DNA from: Klebsormidium nitens
Lineage: Eukaryota; Plantae; Klebsormidiophyceae
Length of the DNA stretch: 64,000 nt
NCBI GenBank assembly: GCA_000708835.1
Contig: DF237229.1
Coordinates: forward strand, 1 to 64,000
Direction: 5' to 3'
Under the pieces are notes generated by a model. The model searched no databases, had not been told where the DNA came from, and saw only the letters and a program-made list of their open reading frames with translations. The position numbers were made by a program, and so were the translations under genes. This document shows positions 25,574 through 37,594 of the stretch, one piece after another; the stretch's first letter is position 1, and each line of letters opens with the position of its first letter.

Positions 25574-27788
25574 GCCTGAGGCGGAACGAGGATCATGCGC
25601 AAAGGGGTGGTGGAGGCAGGAGGTAGAGGAGCCACACAGGCTGGCAGACGTAGACGTGCAGTTGCCGGAGGAAACGCGCTCCGCAATGGCTGAAGGGGTG
25701 CAGTCATAGGAGTGCCGGGGAGAGGCGCCATCACTCTGTCGGACAAAGGTCGTTGAAGAGAGGGGGGAGGAGGAAGAGAGCCTGCAGCAAGGAAAAGCAG
25801 GCAGGGTCAGGGACGTTCAAGTGACCCAGCATATGAAGGCATGCACAGAAGACACAAAAGTAGCCCAACCCAAAGATCCAGAGCTGCACCCATTAAGCCC
25901 GTCTCTTTCTAGCCTCTCAACTCTAGGCCTCCCACAGTCTGGTAGCCCACTGTCCGTTGCTCGAATCTGAAAGAGGGCTTGACACCATCCACTTCACTGG
26001 GGCAGACAGCTGTCTTTTGGCTGCTCAGCTCACCTGGCATGCCTGCCCCCCTTCTGCACTGCGCATGCTGGCAGTGAGAGTGCAAGCGCCTGCCCTCCTG
26101 TCTGGGCTAGCCCGGCATGCGCACCCAGGAGCAAGCCCCCAGCATTCGCCCCAACACGACCACACACCGCCCCAATCATGACAAAACTGAGGCGGATGGT
26201 GGCACGGCAAGCTGACACCTGGAGGGCAGCCACGGTGCCAAGTGGCACAATTGGCGGCGTAGTGCGTGGCGTAGAGCGTGGTTCTTGATCAGAAGGGAGA
26301 GCTGCAGGTGTTGGAAGCAGAAATCAGGAGAAAATAGATGTGCAAATTGTAACGGCAACCTGTCCTGAACTGCGGCTCCAGTGTAGAGATGCACCGCAGG
26401 AAATTAAGAGAGAAGGGCCCTGCCTAGACCTTGCTCAGTTCCTTGCTCTTAGGAATGGGAGAACATGACCTGCATGAGAATTGCAGATGTCCATTGGGAT
26501 GATACCGAATGGGTTTTCTGTGTGTTTGGGTTTGCCTCACATACTTCTTGAACCAAAGGAAGATAAATCATCAACCCTTGATAACTTCAGCTTGATTACA
26601 CGCATTGATGAATTGGTGGCTTGAGTCCATCTACATGCTTTCATTGAACTGCAAGTTCCAAATTGAGAAAGTTTGACCACTTAAAGAAGGGGTTGAAATG
26701 AATTATCGGCAATTCTTATGACAGGAAACACAAGAAGCGTTCAGCACTTCAAAGCTCTATTTTCCTCCAAGAACCATTCTGTTGATAGTGCATGACATCC
26801 GCCATAACCCCACTGGGGTCCCCAAACTCCCAGTTCCCAGCTCAGAACCTTCCTCAGAAACTGATTCAGTCGAATATCCCCAATTCTTGCCCTGCCCCCT
26901 TGGGTGACCCAAGCAAGCAATGCTGCAGCAACCACTGCAATCGGCGCAATGCCCTGTCAATTACGTTCAACAATATAGCCAGGTTGTTAAGCTAGACACC
27001 ATGATGCCCTGAAGTACAACTGAGAGAGCTTGACTAACCTCGCGGACCTGTCAGAAACCCATAGCAGGGCCCCGATTACGCCCTCCTTGACCACTTCTGC
27101 CTTGCTGCAGTGGTAAGAAGAAAAGCACAGCCTTCTGTCAACCTATATATGTGAAACTAAAACTTCCAACCGTAAGCACTGTGTGCAAACATGCTATGTC
27201 TACCTGCTATACCCGAGGGCCGTACCAATAAGAACAGGAACACAAAACCACTGGAGCTGCTCGAACTTGATAAAGAGAGGGAAAGAGCTGGTCCCTTCAC
27301 TGTCAATTCCACCAAGGGTTTGGGAGCTGCTTCATAGGCAGCATTGCAATCTGGAGGCCAGGCAGAGGCAGAAGCTCTCGAAACTTGAAAGAAAGTTTTG
27401 CAAGAATCTGGATTTTGGAAGAAAAGTGAGCATTCTGCAGTGCGATATTCAGATGCCAGCAAGACAGAGGAAACATCACCAGCCAATTAGCTGCTCTTCT
27501 CGACCATTAACACCTGTACATTCCCTGTTCGACCTGCCAGAAAGGGCTGCACTTTTCTCAGATGGACGCTCTGAAACGAGCCACGCCAGTGCAATATGCG
27601 CTTTTGGGCATTGATATTTAAGATGGATGGTCGCATGACCACACCGTTCCACAGCAGATTTTAGCTGCCCCGTGTGCTACAAGAACGTCGGTAACGGTTG
27701 TGAATGTCGCACGCGCACAGTTGACCAGCTGCGGTACGTACCTTGCGGGATAGTCTGAGGGGTCAACGGTACGGTACCTCTCACTAAC

Positions 27789-27797
27789 AAACCCTAA
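27789..27797 (+). promoter_or_regulatory. Telo-box (AAACCCTAA)
   Basis: Exact plant telo-box about 250 bp upstream of the ATG at 28043. A 9-mer can also occur by chance. Confidence 0.4.
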
Positions 27798-28042
27798 TTT
27801 TCCTTCTGATCCTGAACAAATTCATCTTCAAGTTCACGGGCAGGCTTGTCAAATCAGCATTGCTCCCTGGGCTTCAGATCCGCTCTGCAGTATTCGCTGA
27901 GTGTTTTCTCTTGGAGAAGAAGCAATCTGCCAGAACAAAGGCCCGTTTGAACAAAGTTGTCAAGTATAGGTCGTCCCTTTTTAGTCATCTCATCATACAT
28001 GATCCTTCGATTTTGAAGGGACAATTTGTTCCCCCCGCCAGG

Positions 28043-30082
28043 ATGGCGTCTTCTCACTTGCTGAGCATTGCGGGCCCTCTCATCGTCCCCGACCTCAATG
28101 CAGCCCAGCAAGGGGCTTCCTTGGACCAGGCGCCCCTCTCCCCCGCCCGATCAGCGCTCAGTCCCGTCCGCCCCGCCTCCCCTGGCTTCCACAGCCTGCC
28201 TCTTCGCGCTCAGCCGCTGTCCCCCTCACGGCTTATGCCCGCACTAGCCCTTCCCTCCCAGGCCACCGCCAGTCTTGAGAGTCTCTCTTTGGCAGCGGCA
28301 CTGGATCAGCCCCCCGCTTTGCAAAGCACTCCTGGCGAGCACATTCTTGGGGGTCATCCTGCTGACCTGATCAGCGCCGTCAGTGCAGAGGGATTGGCAA
28401 GCGCCCACATCCTGATCACAGCGGTCGCCCTCCTGAGCAGCACCCCAGACGCTGGCGCCACTCAGGGGGGATCCCAATTGCCCCAGAACGAGTCTGCCCA
28501 AGGGACCTCCTTGAGAGAAACTGCAGCAACGGACGTCGCATTGGCCGTGCCTGAGGGCAGCGACACTGCGGTGTTCGCGGAAGGGAAGCACGGCCTTAAG
28601 GCAGGGCCATGGTGGCTGTCTGCGGAAGGGGGGAACACACCAAACGCAGCGGCGGGCGAGGGGCCAGGCCCGTCATGGTGGGCTCGCCAGGTTGAGGCGG
28701 CGCGGGCTGAGGACCGGGCGCAGGAGGGGCGCGCACTTCAAGACAGCCTGCACAGCGTAAGTTCCTCAGTCTGCCAATGACGCCTTGGTTTTGGCTTGTG
28801 GGGATCAGACAGACGCTAAAAGTGTCCATTCCTTCTGCTGGCGCTGAGATCGTTGCTGTGTGCCCTGTGATGGGCTCAGGGGGGCCCTCAGACATCCTAC
28901 AAGGTTTTGATGATCCTGGGTCTGGGCCAGTACCTTTCTACGCGCGCAGCACTTTGTCTTGCACTCCTTTGACCCCTTTAAATCTGTCGGGAGACGATCT
29001 GAGATGGAACAACATTCCTCAGAGCATCCTTCAACATGGGACTGAGTCTGATGTTCGTTGCTTTCTCTTTGCAGAACAAGGGCCCTGATGCCCCATATGC
29101 CTTGGAAGGAGCGGACACCCTGCTGGGCGCGGCCAGCCCGTCCCTGGGAGAGAAAGACAATGGCGGCGCCTGGTGGAGCCAGCTCACCAAGATTCCCACA
29201 GCCGACTGGTTGCACCTGGACCCACAACGACTTTCTGACACGAATAATCCTGCGACACCTGTCGGGAGGGAAAACGTTGACAGCGAGGAGCCCAGACGCG
29301 TAGAAGGGGCGGAGGTGCCTGCTGTGGCTCAGGCTGACCACAAGGAGTTCTCGACCTTCAGCTTTGTGAACGATGGGGCGGTGCTGACTATGAGTGAGGG
29401 GGAAGTTGCGACCTCCCCAGTAGAGCACGCAGGAGAGGCGCAGCCAGGTCTGGACATGCCACAGGGCCTCACACTGGCCGTTGAACCAAGAATCACAGAA
29501 GCAGTGGCCAGCGCAGAGCGGCTAGAGAGCGAATCACTGGGGGAGCCGGAGGCCCGCCTGTCGCTCCCCGTTGCAGAAGGTCACGGCACAGACGGGGCTA
29601 TTCACGCTACTAAAAGCAGTGTTGCTCAATTGACGGAAGTGTCGCCAGTTGGGGGGATCGACCCACCCTCCCTCCTCCAAGTCAGCGAGGTGACTCGTAA
29701 GGATCAGTCAGATCTAGCAGTAGACAGCCCACCAAGCGGAGCATCCGACGCAGAGTCGCAGTCTCCGGTAGAGATTCACGACATTGATCAGGTCAGCAGT
29801 GACCCAACGACTCTTGCCACTGCTGCCACACTAGCATCGGCTGAACCATCAGCGGCCCCTGTAGAAAACGAGACGAACAGTGCATTGGAGGTAGCACCCA
29901 AGAGCCAGGCGCAAGCAGCTACGGTCGAAGCAACACCAAGTGATTCGTCAGAGGTAATGCGAAAGCAGCGTGCGGCAGTGGAGGAGGCGCGGGCGCGGCT
30001 GGAGCTGATCAAGGCGTGGAGGAGCAGGCGGGCAGCCACACTACCGCTAACGGGTGAGCCGAAAAACAGCTCGTGTGATTGA
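28043..30082 (+). CDS. Hypothetical Ala/Ser/Pro/Glu-rich, likely disordered protein, 2 exons
   Basis: Long ORFs 27860-28780 and 29036-30082 join in phase via the donor after 28756 (CACAGC|GTAAGT) and the acceptor before 29075 (TTTGCAG|AAC). Repeated WW motifs and a C-terminal helix AAVEEARARLELIKAWRSRR. No family recognised. Confidence 0.7.
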
Positions 30083-31059
30083 ATAGTCTCGGCTATGCGA
30101 GCTTCGCCACTGGAGAAAGGAGCTTCCGAGCAGCTCAAAAGAAGGGCCGTGAACGGATCTGTTTCGATACAACGGGCTCAGGGTCGGTGTGGATAAACGA
30201 GTACAGCAGTTTGAGATTTGAGGGGCCCACTATTCACAACATTTTTCCTGCTCGATGCACCATATGGTCTTCTATCTCTGTGGCGTTTGGCGAACGATCA
30301 TTCTGGATCTGGCGGGACAGGATCGCAGTGAATGTTGGAAGTTTCAAGGTCCGTCTTTAGCTCCTTCTTTAAGTTAACCTTGCCCCTGGGAACGGACCCA
30401 CGAGGGCATCAGGGCAGGTCGATTGCTGCAGCTCCATACCACCCAAATGGGCGGAGCGCCCTTGAATCTGATGGCCTCCGCTCTTACTCCTCTTCTTTCC
30501 GCAATCAGATTCCGTCCAGGATTTGGGGTCCCACACCACATTGTCTCCGGCAGAGGAGTGTGACGAGCAAGCTTGAGTGAGCGCTTCAGCAAAAGCTTTC
30601 AGTCGAATCCACTCTGATTCGTCCATCCAGATTGGACTTTTCAGGGTGTTTCCTTCTTTCATTTCCGTTAGTTCAGGCATCGGCGGAGGGCAAGCTCGCT
30701 ATTCGAGCCCACGGTCATTGATGGGTCTAACAGCATGATAAATCTCGGTCGAAGCGTGTTTTATCGGGATTCCTGATTGATTCGACTTTGGTCATCCCCG
30801 TCCTTCCTTGGCTGCGAGCTTTTTCGTGTGAGTTTAACATGCCTGCCGACACTGTCCAGCCCAGACGCTGCATCTTTTGTGCAAATCCACTTCGTAAGCG
30901 CGACTACAAGGTTTAGCCCCACGTTCAATTCGTAGCGACGCCTGGAGGTGCGCGCTTAGTGCAAATCCCTTCTCAATATGCTATAAGCGGTTCGTTTCTC
31001 CGACCATCTTCTGATGCGCTCTCCCTGGTCTCTTTGCAGTCTCTCTGCCCCCCTCCCCC

Positions 31060-31738
31060 NNNNNNNNNNNNNNNNNNNNNNNNNNNNNNNNNNNNNNNNN
31101 NNNNNNNNNNNNNNNNNNNNNNNNNNNNNNNNNNNNNNNNNNNNNNNNNNNNNNNNNNNNNNNNNNNNNNNNNNNNNNNNNNNNNNNNNNNNNNNNNNNN
31201 NNNNNNNNNNNNNNNNNNNNNNNNNNNNNNNNNNNNNNNNNNNNNNNNNNNNNNNNNNNNNNNNNNNNNNNNNNNNNNNNNNNNNNNNNNNNNNNNNNNN
31301 NNNNNNNNNNNNNNNNNNNNNNNNNNNNNNNNNNNNNNNNNNNNNNNNNNNNNNNNNNNNNNNNNNNNNNNNNNNNNNNNNNNNNNNNNNNNNNNNNNNN
31401 NNNNNNNNNNNNNNNNNNNNNNNNNNNNNNNNNNNNNNNNNNNNNNNNNNNNNNNNNNNNNNNNNNNNNNNNNNNNNNNNNNNNNNNNNNNNNNNNNNNN
31501 NNNNNNNNNNNNNNNNNNNNNNNNNNNNNNNNNNNNNNNNNNNNNNNNNNNNNNNNNNNNNNNNNNNNNNNNNNNNNNNNNNNNNNNNNNNNNNNNNNNN
31601 NNNNNNNNNNNNNNNNNNNNNNNNNNNNNNNNNNNNNNNNNNNNNNNNNNNNNNNNNNNNNNNNNNNNNNNNNNNNNNNNNNNNNNNNNNNNNNNNNNNN
31701 NNNNNNNNNNNNNNNNNNNNNNNNNNNNNNNNNNNNNN
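31060..31738. other. Assembly gap (~680 N)
   Basis: N run. The same GCAGTCTCTCTGCCCCCTCCCC sequence occurs on both flanks. Confidence 0.98.
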
Positions 31739-33643
31739 GCAGTCTCTCTGCCCCCTCCCCCGCTCGCCCTCCCCGTTCTCTCCGGCCTCCCGTCGCCGAC
31801 CCTGGGTTCCGGCATCTTTCCGACACGTGGCTCTCCGATGGTGGCGACTCTAGCGAGACCGGACGGCTCCATCTGGAAGACGTTGCAGCAACTAGAGTGG
31901 TCCACCGAAGATATGGCGGACACCTTTGGGCGCTCCTCGGTTGCCGTCCACCTGGCGGAACGGCATGACGGCGAGCATGCGTGAGGGCAGGGGCCAATGA
32001 GTGTAACTTATTACTGGGGCTCGCGTGTTGTGTGCAAATAGAAAGAGTAGTTCAAACGGCTTTGTGTGATGATCTGAAGAGTGTGTGTGCGTTTAGCTAG
32101 GACGGAATAGGTTGACAGCCATGATACGCGGGATCAGGCGGGAGCCCAGGCTTGGATCAGTGCTCCACTGAACAAGCCTATCCTTGAGGGTACAACTGCC
32201 ACAGCTGATTTAGATAAAGTCAGGTGAACGACGAAGTTGTTGGACACATTGACGCCCAGCATCTCGTATCTGATGCAATCGTCACGTTTGGTTTCCAAGT
32301 TTTAATATTGTAGAGAGAGGAGACCGTCGTGTTGGCGGCCATGCCCTTGCAGGAACTGTGAGGTTTCTCAGGACAATACCGAAAAGACCTGAATGTATAG
32401 CACGTGATGTAGACCCTGAGAACTTCCTACTTCGTTACTTATACAGATAACAATGATCTATCAACACCTACATGACGGTCAGTGACTGACAATTCGAAGC
32501 TTTCAAGAAACTGTTCGATCAAGCCGATTGGCTGCAAATTATCCATGCATCTGGAAATTAACGGTGTCGTGCATAAGTATGTACTTAGTATATATACGCG
32601 TCAATCAATGGTGCATGAGTTCTCGCCGCCGCCGCCGGCGACGGTCACATATCGACGTACGTATATGTGCTCCGATTCGACCTGGCACGTATACTAATGA
32701 ACACATGCATGCTGCCATCTTTATTCCGGCATAATCAGAACTTCACGACCACGTACGTCTAGCTATCATAGTATAGCTTCAATATCTTATCAGTTCCGCT
32801 TAAATGCGGCTTAAATCGTGCCATGCCATGGCAGCTAGGGACTGTTGTGACTCGTGCAGCATGCGTATATGGATATTCTCCATAGTTGCCCAGTGATCCT
32901 GATACCTTTCTGCCGCTCGCACCGTCCAACGACTAACGTAAGCTCTCTAGTACGGTTGGTTGATACGAAGCATGGAGCCTGCACGAAGCCGGCGCAGGCT
33001 TACCTATAAACTTCGCGATCCGGATGTTTATATCACCATTGTGCATTTCAAACCCAGAGACACGAATGCAGCTATAGTGACGGGCCCAATCAAGCCTTCT
33101 GCTTGAGTGAGCCTGCCATGCATAGTGCGGCTTAAAAAGTACGTGATATGTTCACGGCCGCCGCCTCCACGTGAAGGCCAACACATATTCGCACGTAGCT
33201 GAGCCAGCACAGGCTGGGGGCAAGAATCACGACATACTACAGCATGCACAGCCCTCGATTCAGGATCACCAGGATCAGTGGCAGTGGTTTTGTTGCTTCT
33301 GATTGGACGAAGAGAGTAAGGATTTATTGCTGAGTCAGATATTGTACTTCGATGTTCCCGCCAGTTGTCAACAGGACCATGACAGCCTGGCATCAGGCCA
33401 ACACTTATTCTTAAGTAGCTTGGGTTACAGCAGACTGCGGAGGTTTGATCTCAGGAACTGCAAGCCTGAAGCTGGGACTTCAAATTCACAAGCTGTTGCT
33501 TTTCTGTGACGCCGCGGTGAACTTGAAACTGCTGAAGAAGCGCAAGGTGGAGGAGCTTGGCGCAGCAGAAGTTACTTCGTCACCAACGGCAAAGCGGAGC
33601 TTTAGAAGGACTTCATCGCGTGGCCCTTCTTCGTGTCGAAGCT

Positions 33644-35758
33644 ATGGCGCTGTCCGCGCTGCCCAAGGATGTCCTCCACATCATTCTGAAGAAGATCAGT
33701 CTGAAGGATCGCCTCCGCTTGGAGCTGCTCGACCAGAGCCATCTCGAGACATTCAGAGACCCAGAGCTTTGGCTAGACGTAAACCTTGGCGCCATGCAAG
33801 CATTGGATCTCACAGAACAAGAGCTACTCTGCCTTTTGTCGAGGGTCGAGCCTAAATTAAAGCAGGCTGTGAGTCAGATTGACAGCATGGCGGAGATCCT
33901 GAAGGACTTGTCCCATGACGTTATGAAGCAGACTCCCAACCCGCTCAGGGACCGGTTGGAAGAGGAGAAGCTTGATCCAACGCACTTTTTCACAATGTTT
34001 CTTTGGCTTGTTGTACGAAGCTTGGCGCAGCTTCATCAGATGTTCCCTGAGACCTGCGGACCTTTTCAGGTCAAGTTCTACATTGATAAAATCTCCCTCT
34101 GGTTCAGCGAACAAGTCCAGCGTCTTCCGCGCGTTTTGAAGCTGGTCTTATATTCAATTCGCTCGGCCGTCCAAAATCTGCTCAAAGCTCCGATCGCCTT
34201 CTCGAAGGGGCTGGTTGCCGGCATATGCAAGACGCGGAAGGGGACTCCCGAGAGAAGCTCCGGAAAGTTAGCTGTCAGTCTTGATTTATCAGGAGCTGCC
34301 AATGTGTCGCCCCAGTTTCTAGCAGCCTGCGTCATCGGACTCTCAGGAGCAGGTTTCAAGGTTGACTGCAAGATGGACGGCCGAAATGATCCTCTCTTCC
34401 CGCTCAAGTACCTTGAGCTCCTACAGATCCTGGCATTCGACTGCTCAATTCAGGTGAACCTGCTGTTGTCTGGCTTGCAGTATCTTTGGGATCATCCCTC
34501 TCTGAAGGACTTCAACCCCTTTGGGAGCCGGCCTGACCAAGGAAAGCAAGCGCCAGTTGATTCCATGAATTCTCTGCTTGAGACCATGCTAGAACATTCG
34601 CTCTTTGAGTTCCATAAGTCGAAGGCAGCTTACCTCCAGTTCCTAGACAGGGTCCTGATGCTCATACGACGCCGAGGTGACGTTGAAAATTTGACAGACA
34701 GGAGGCACATGCTGAGCGAGGGCTGGACTAAGGCCAAAATAGCGACCCCGACTGTTATGTTTGAGAATCTTGTCATTGGTGATGACCAGAGTCAGGTCTA
34801 CGACGAACTTCGAGGGTTTCTCCAGGAATCGCCTTCCAAGCTGCGCATCGTCTTTAGTAACTGCCTGCTTCCTCCATCGACGGTCCGCTGCCTCTGCAAG
34901 CTGCTGGGAGAGTGTGGTGCCGGCTTCGTTTCCTTCCGGCAAGCGGACAGTCCCTTCGACAGAATGAGCAACCCGCAGTCTGAGGATGCAGTTTTGGAAT
35001 GCGAGGCGCTGCAGAAGAGCAAGAATCTTCAAGCCCTGGAGCTCGATTTTCCGTTGATGCCGATGGATGTCGACTCAGCCGCGAGATTCTTGGATGTGAG
35101 CGGAAACTCAGCCACGCTCGTACTCCATCTGAGGACGGAGTTCTACAGGGGCGAACCAGAACTGGCACAGCAGGTTGTCTTGCGGCTTCAGGCTCTGTGC
35201 GCTTCGGAGAGGGGCCACCGGGTGACGCTCGTGCAGCATTGGAGGCCCTCGCGACTGTTTTGGTCGGACACACAAGAGAGAGAGGAGAGTGGGGGCGGTC
35301 TGAGCGACGCAGTCTTCCTATCAACCGTCGAGCAGGAGAGGGAGACCAATCTCCGGTGCAAGAGGTGGACTTTGCGCGTGATGAGCGTTGTGCGTGCGTG
35401 GTCTTTGCTGGACGTTGCGCTTGCTCCAGCGGCCTTCTTCGACGTCAAGCTCTTCGGCTACAGGGTGCAGTCAAGCATTGGAGTGGTTGGCTTTTCGGTG
35501 CCGACAGCAGTGGTGCTTCTGTGGAGCCCGCTCCAGCACGCAATGGTACAAGGACACGATTGGGACTGGACTGCCATCAGTTTTGGTTTGTGCATCACCG
35601 GTATCGTACCGTTCTCTTTCCTCGTGTTCGCATTCAAGGCCTTCTCAAGCTACATGGGAGCATGCCTGTTGTGGTCCGGGGGACGGCAGATCTGCAGAGT
35701 AGCTGTGAGTCTCTTCCATACGCTCAAGGGAAAGGTTTCGCAAGTCAGGGCGCAATAG
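33644..35758 (+). CDS. Intronless F-box-like protein (~700 aa) with a hydrophobic C-terminus
   Basis: Single 733-codon ORF. N-terminal LSALPKDVLHIILKKISLKDRLRLELL...FRDPELW resembles the F-box consensus. Leu-rich middle. C-terminal hydrophobic stretches VVGFSVPTAVVLLW and AISFGLCITGIVPFSFLVFAF. Confidence 0.72.
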   Translation: MALSALPKDVLHIILKKISLKDRLRLELLDQSHLETFRDPELWLDVNLGAMQALDLTEQELLCLLSRVEPKLKQAVSQIDSMAEILKDLSHDVMKQTPNPLRDRLEEEKLDPTHFFTMFLWLVVRSLAQLHQMFPETCGPFQVKFYIDKISLWFSEQVQRLPRVLKLVLYSIRSAVQNLLKAPIAFSKGLVAGICKTRKGTPERSSGKLAVSLDLSGAANVSPQFLAACVIGLSGAGFKVDCKMDGRNDPLFPLKYLELLQILAFDCSIQVNLLLSGLQYLWDHPSLKDFNPFGSRPDQGKQAPVDSMNSLLETMLEHSLFEFHKSKAAYLQFLDRVLMLIRRRGDVENLTDRRHMLSEGWTKAKIATPTVMFENLVIGDDQSQVYDELRGFLQESPSKLRIVFSNCLLPPSTVRCLCKLLGECGAGFVSFRQADSPFDRMSNPQSEDAVLECEALQKSKNLQALELDFPLMPMDVDSAARFLDVSGNSATLVLHLRTEFYRGEPELAQQVVLRLQALCASERGHRVTLVQHWRPSRLFWSDTQEREESGGGLSDAVFLSTVEQERETNLRCKRWTLRVMSVVRAWSLLDVALAPAAFFDVKLFGYRVQSSIGVVGFSVPTAVVLLWSPLQHAMVQGHDWDWTAISFGLCITGIVPFSFLVFAFKAFSSYMGACLLWSGGRQICRVAVSLFHTLKGKVSQVRAQ

Positions 35759-37594
35759 AACTGGTAGTCCAAAGAAAGGACTAGAAGCTGATTGACTCTG
35801 CTTTCTCAAAATAAGTTCGTGTTCACCTGTGAATAAGGATTTCGAGGAGAGCTGCTAGACCGCTGTGATGAGGATATGAAAACGTACGGTTGAGAGAGGA
35901 ACTTTCGTGCGTACACCCCTTTGTTGGCCGCTGAATCTAGTCTCGTGCACATTTATTCGCGAATTTTGTGCTCCAGACTTATCCTTCGGATCATATGATC
36001 ATACTATTGTATTTTGCAACTCGTCATGGGTGACTTCAATCTGGGGACTGCTTCGGTGATCGATCGTCAACCTGACATGTTCACTCAGGACTGAGGGCTG
36101 GCGGCGGCTAACTTTCGACTCGCGCATGATTTGAGATATTCTGCATAATTAACAGTGAGTCATGCCCGATTAAATTGTGAAGGCGGCTTCATTTTGTCCC
36201 AGAGACATTCAAGCTTAAGTATTCTGAACAACGGACTCACTTATTATGCAGGCCGGGCATGAATCTTTAGTAGTACATATAGTATACTACATACAGGAGG
36301 CCGCCCAGCATTCATTGCATAATACGGGTCACCATATGCTGAGTGGCGCGCGCGGCGACCAACGTTATACGTAATTCCGTTGCAACTGAAGTTGAACAGG
36401 ACTAGCTGACTTAGGTCGCAGCTAGCATGCTGCACATGGTTTGAATACATTCGATCGAGTCCCCGGTCTGATTCCAAAGCGATCAGGACCGTCACTCCGA
36501 CGAGAACACCTGCATGGATACATATGGTGCAAGTGCATGGGCAGCCGGCCAGGCATGAGGGTTTGCATGTCATGTCTGATCTGCACAACATTCTGCATGC
36601 CTCCCAATGATGCACTGATAGATATCACGAGCTAAGTGCAACACATGCAGTCCGGCGTGACTGGCAGCTTGGATTGGAATTAATGCTTGGACGTACATGA
36701 GTGCAGCCTACCCGGTGCTAAATAGGCTCAATCGTGCGACGGCGTCTGCTGGTGATCAGTTGGCAGTGAAGATTCCATTATTGAGACGCGGCCGGGCCTA
36801 GGCGGGCACGTCAGTGTGCCGCATGATGCCGAAGCCAGAGTTAAGTGTTACAACCTTCGCTCGGTTAACTCATCGTATCAGTGGTCGTACACAAATCTAA
36901 GCCGGCTGCTCGTAAAGGCCTGACTTCAAACAAACGAGCGAGTCTCTTGAACCGAAAAATAAAGGGCCTCGTACCTGCGCCTCACCACATTTGCGTCACA
37001 GGCCTTCGAATGTGAGTCTACTCACTTGTTACTTTCTTTTTGCAAGTCCTTGTGGAAGTCTTTCTGCAGCACACAATAAAAGCATTCATCAGGGTTGAGC
37101 CAATGCTGGAGTCATTAACCTGCGACCAAAGAAGGAAGAGTGGGAGGACATATGCACCGAGGAGTCGTGCTCTCATGAACGGACATTCATCAAGAAGGGC
37201 TTCCAAGCTGCGGCCACACGTGTAGGATACAAACGAGCCCCCCAAGGGCACTTCAACAGATAGGGCCAGTAGATGGTGACAGAGAGATTATTGCTGGTGA
37301 GACTCGCCAGAAACACCAATGGGAGAGGCTCCGCTTTTCTGGAGGCTCGGTCGGATGGAAAACGGTAAGCCTATCAACTCGCGACATAGTAATGCGTCTG
37401 AAGCTCAAGACGATGTAAGCTGTGTTGCAGACAGACAACTGATGCGCACACGCGGGTCATTGGGCAACGGTCGTTTTGTGATAGATCACGCAAAAGTGTC
37501 ATGGTTTCGAAGTTACCTTTTTGCATCCGAAGGGAGAAAGGAAGGAGATGACCGTGAGCGCTACATCCTTTCGCGCCTTTCGCTACCCGGGCAG

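Noticed and set aside
25900-27620. Small ORFs between OTU and the hypothetical gene
   Set aside because: No recognisable motif or consistent splice chain. They may be 5' exons or UTR of OTU but cannot be supported.
30369-30680. 103-aa minus-strand ORF
   Set aside because: No domain similarity recognised and no supporting exon structure.
30959-31997. ORFs of 280-340 aa spanning the N run
   Set aside because: Artefacts of translating through the assembly gap.
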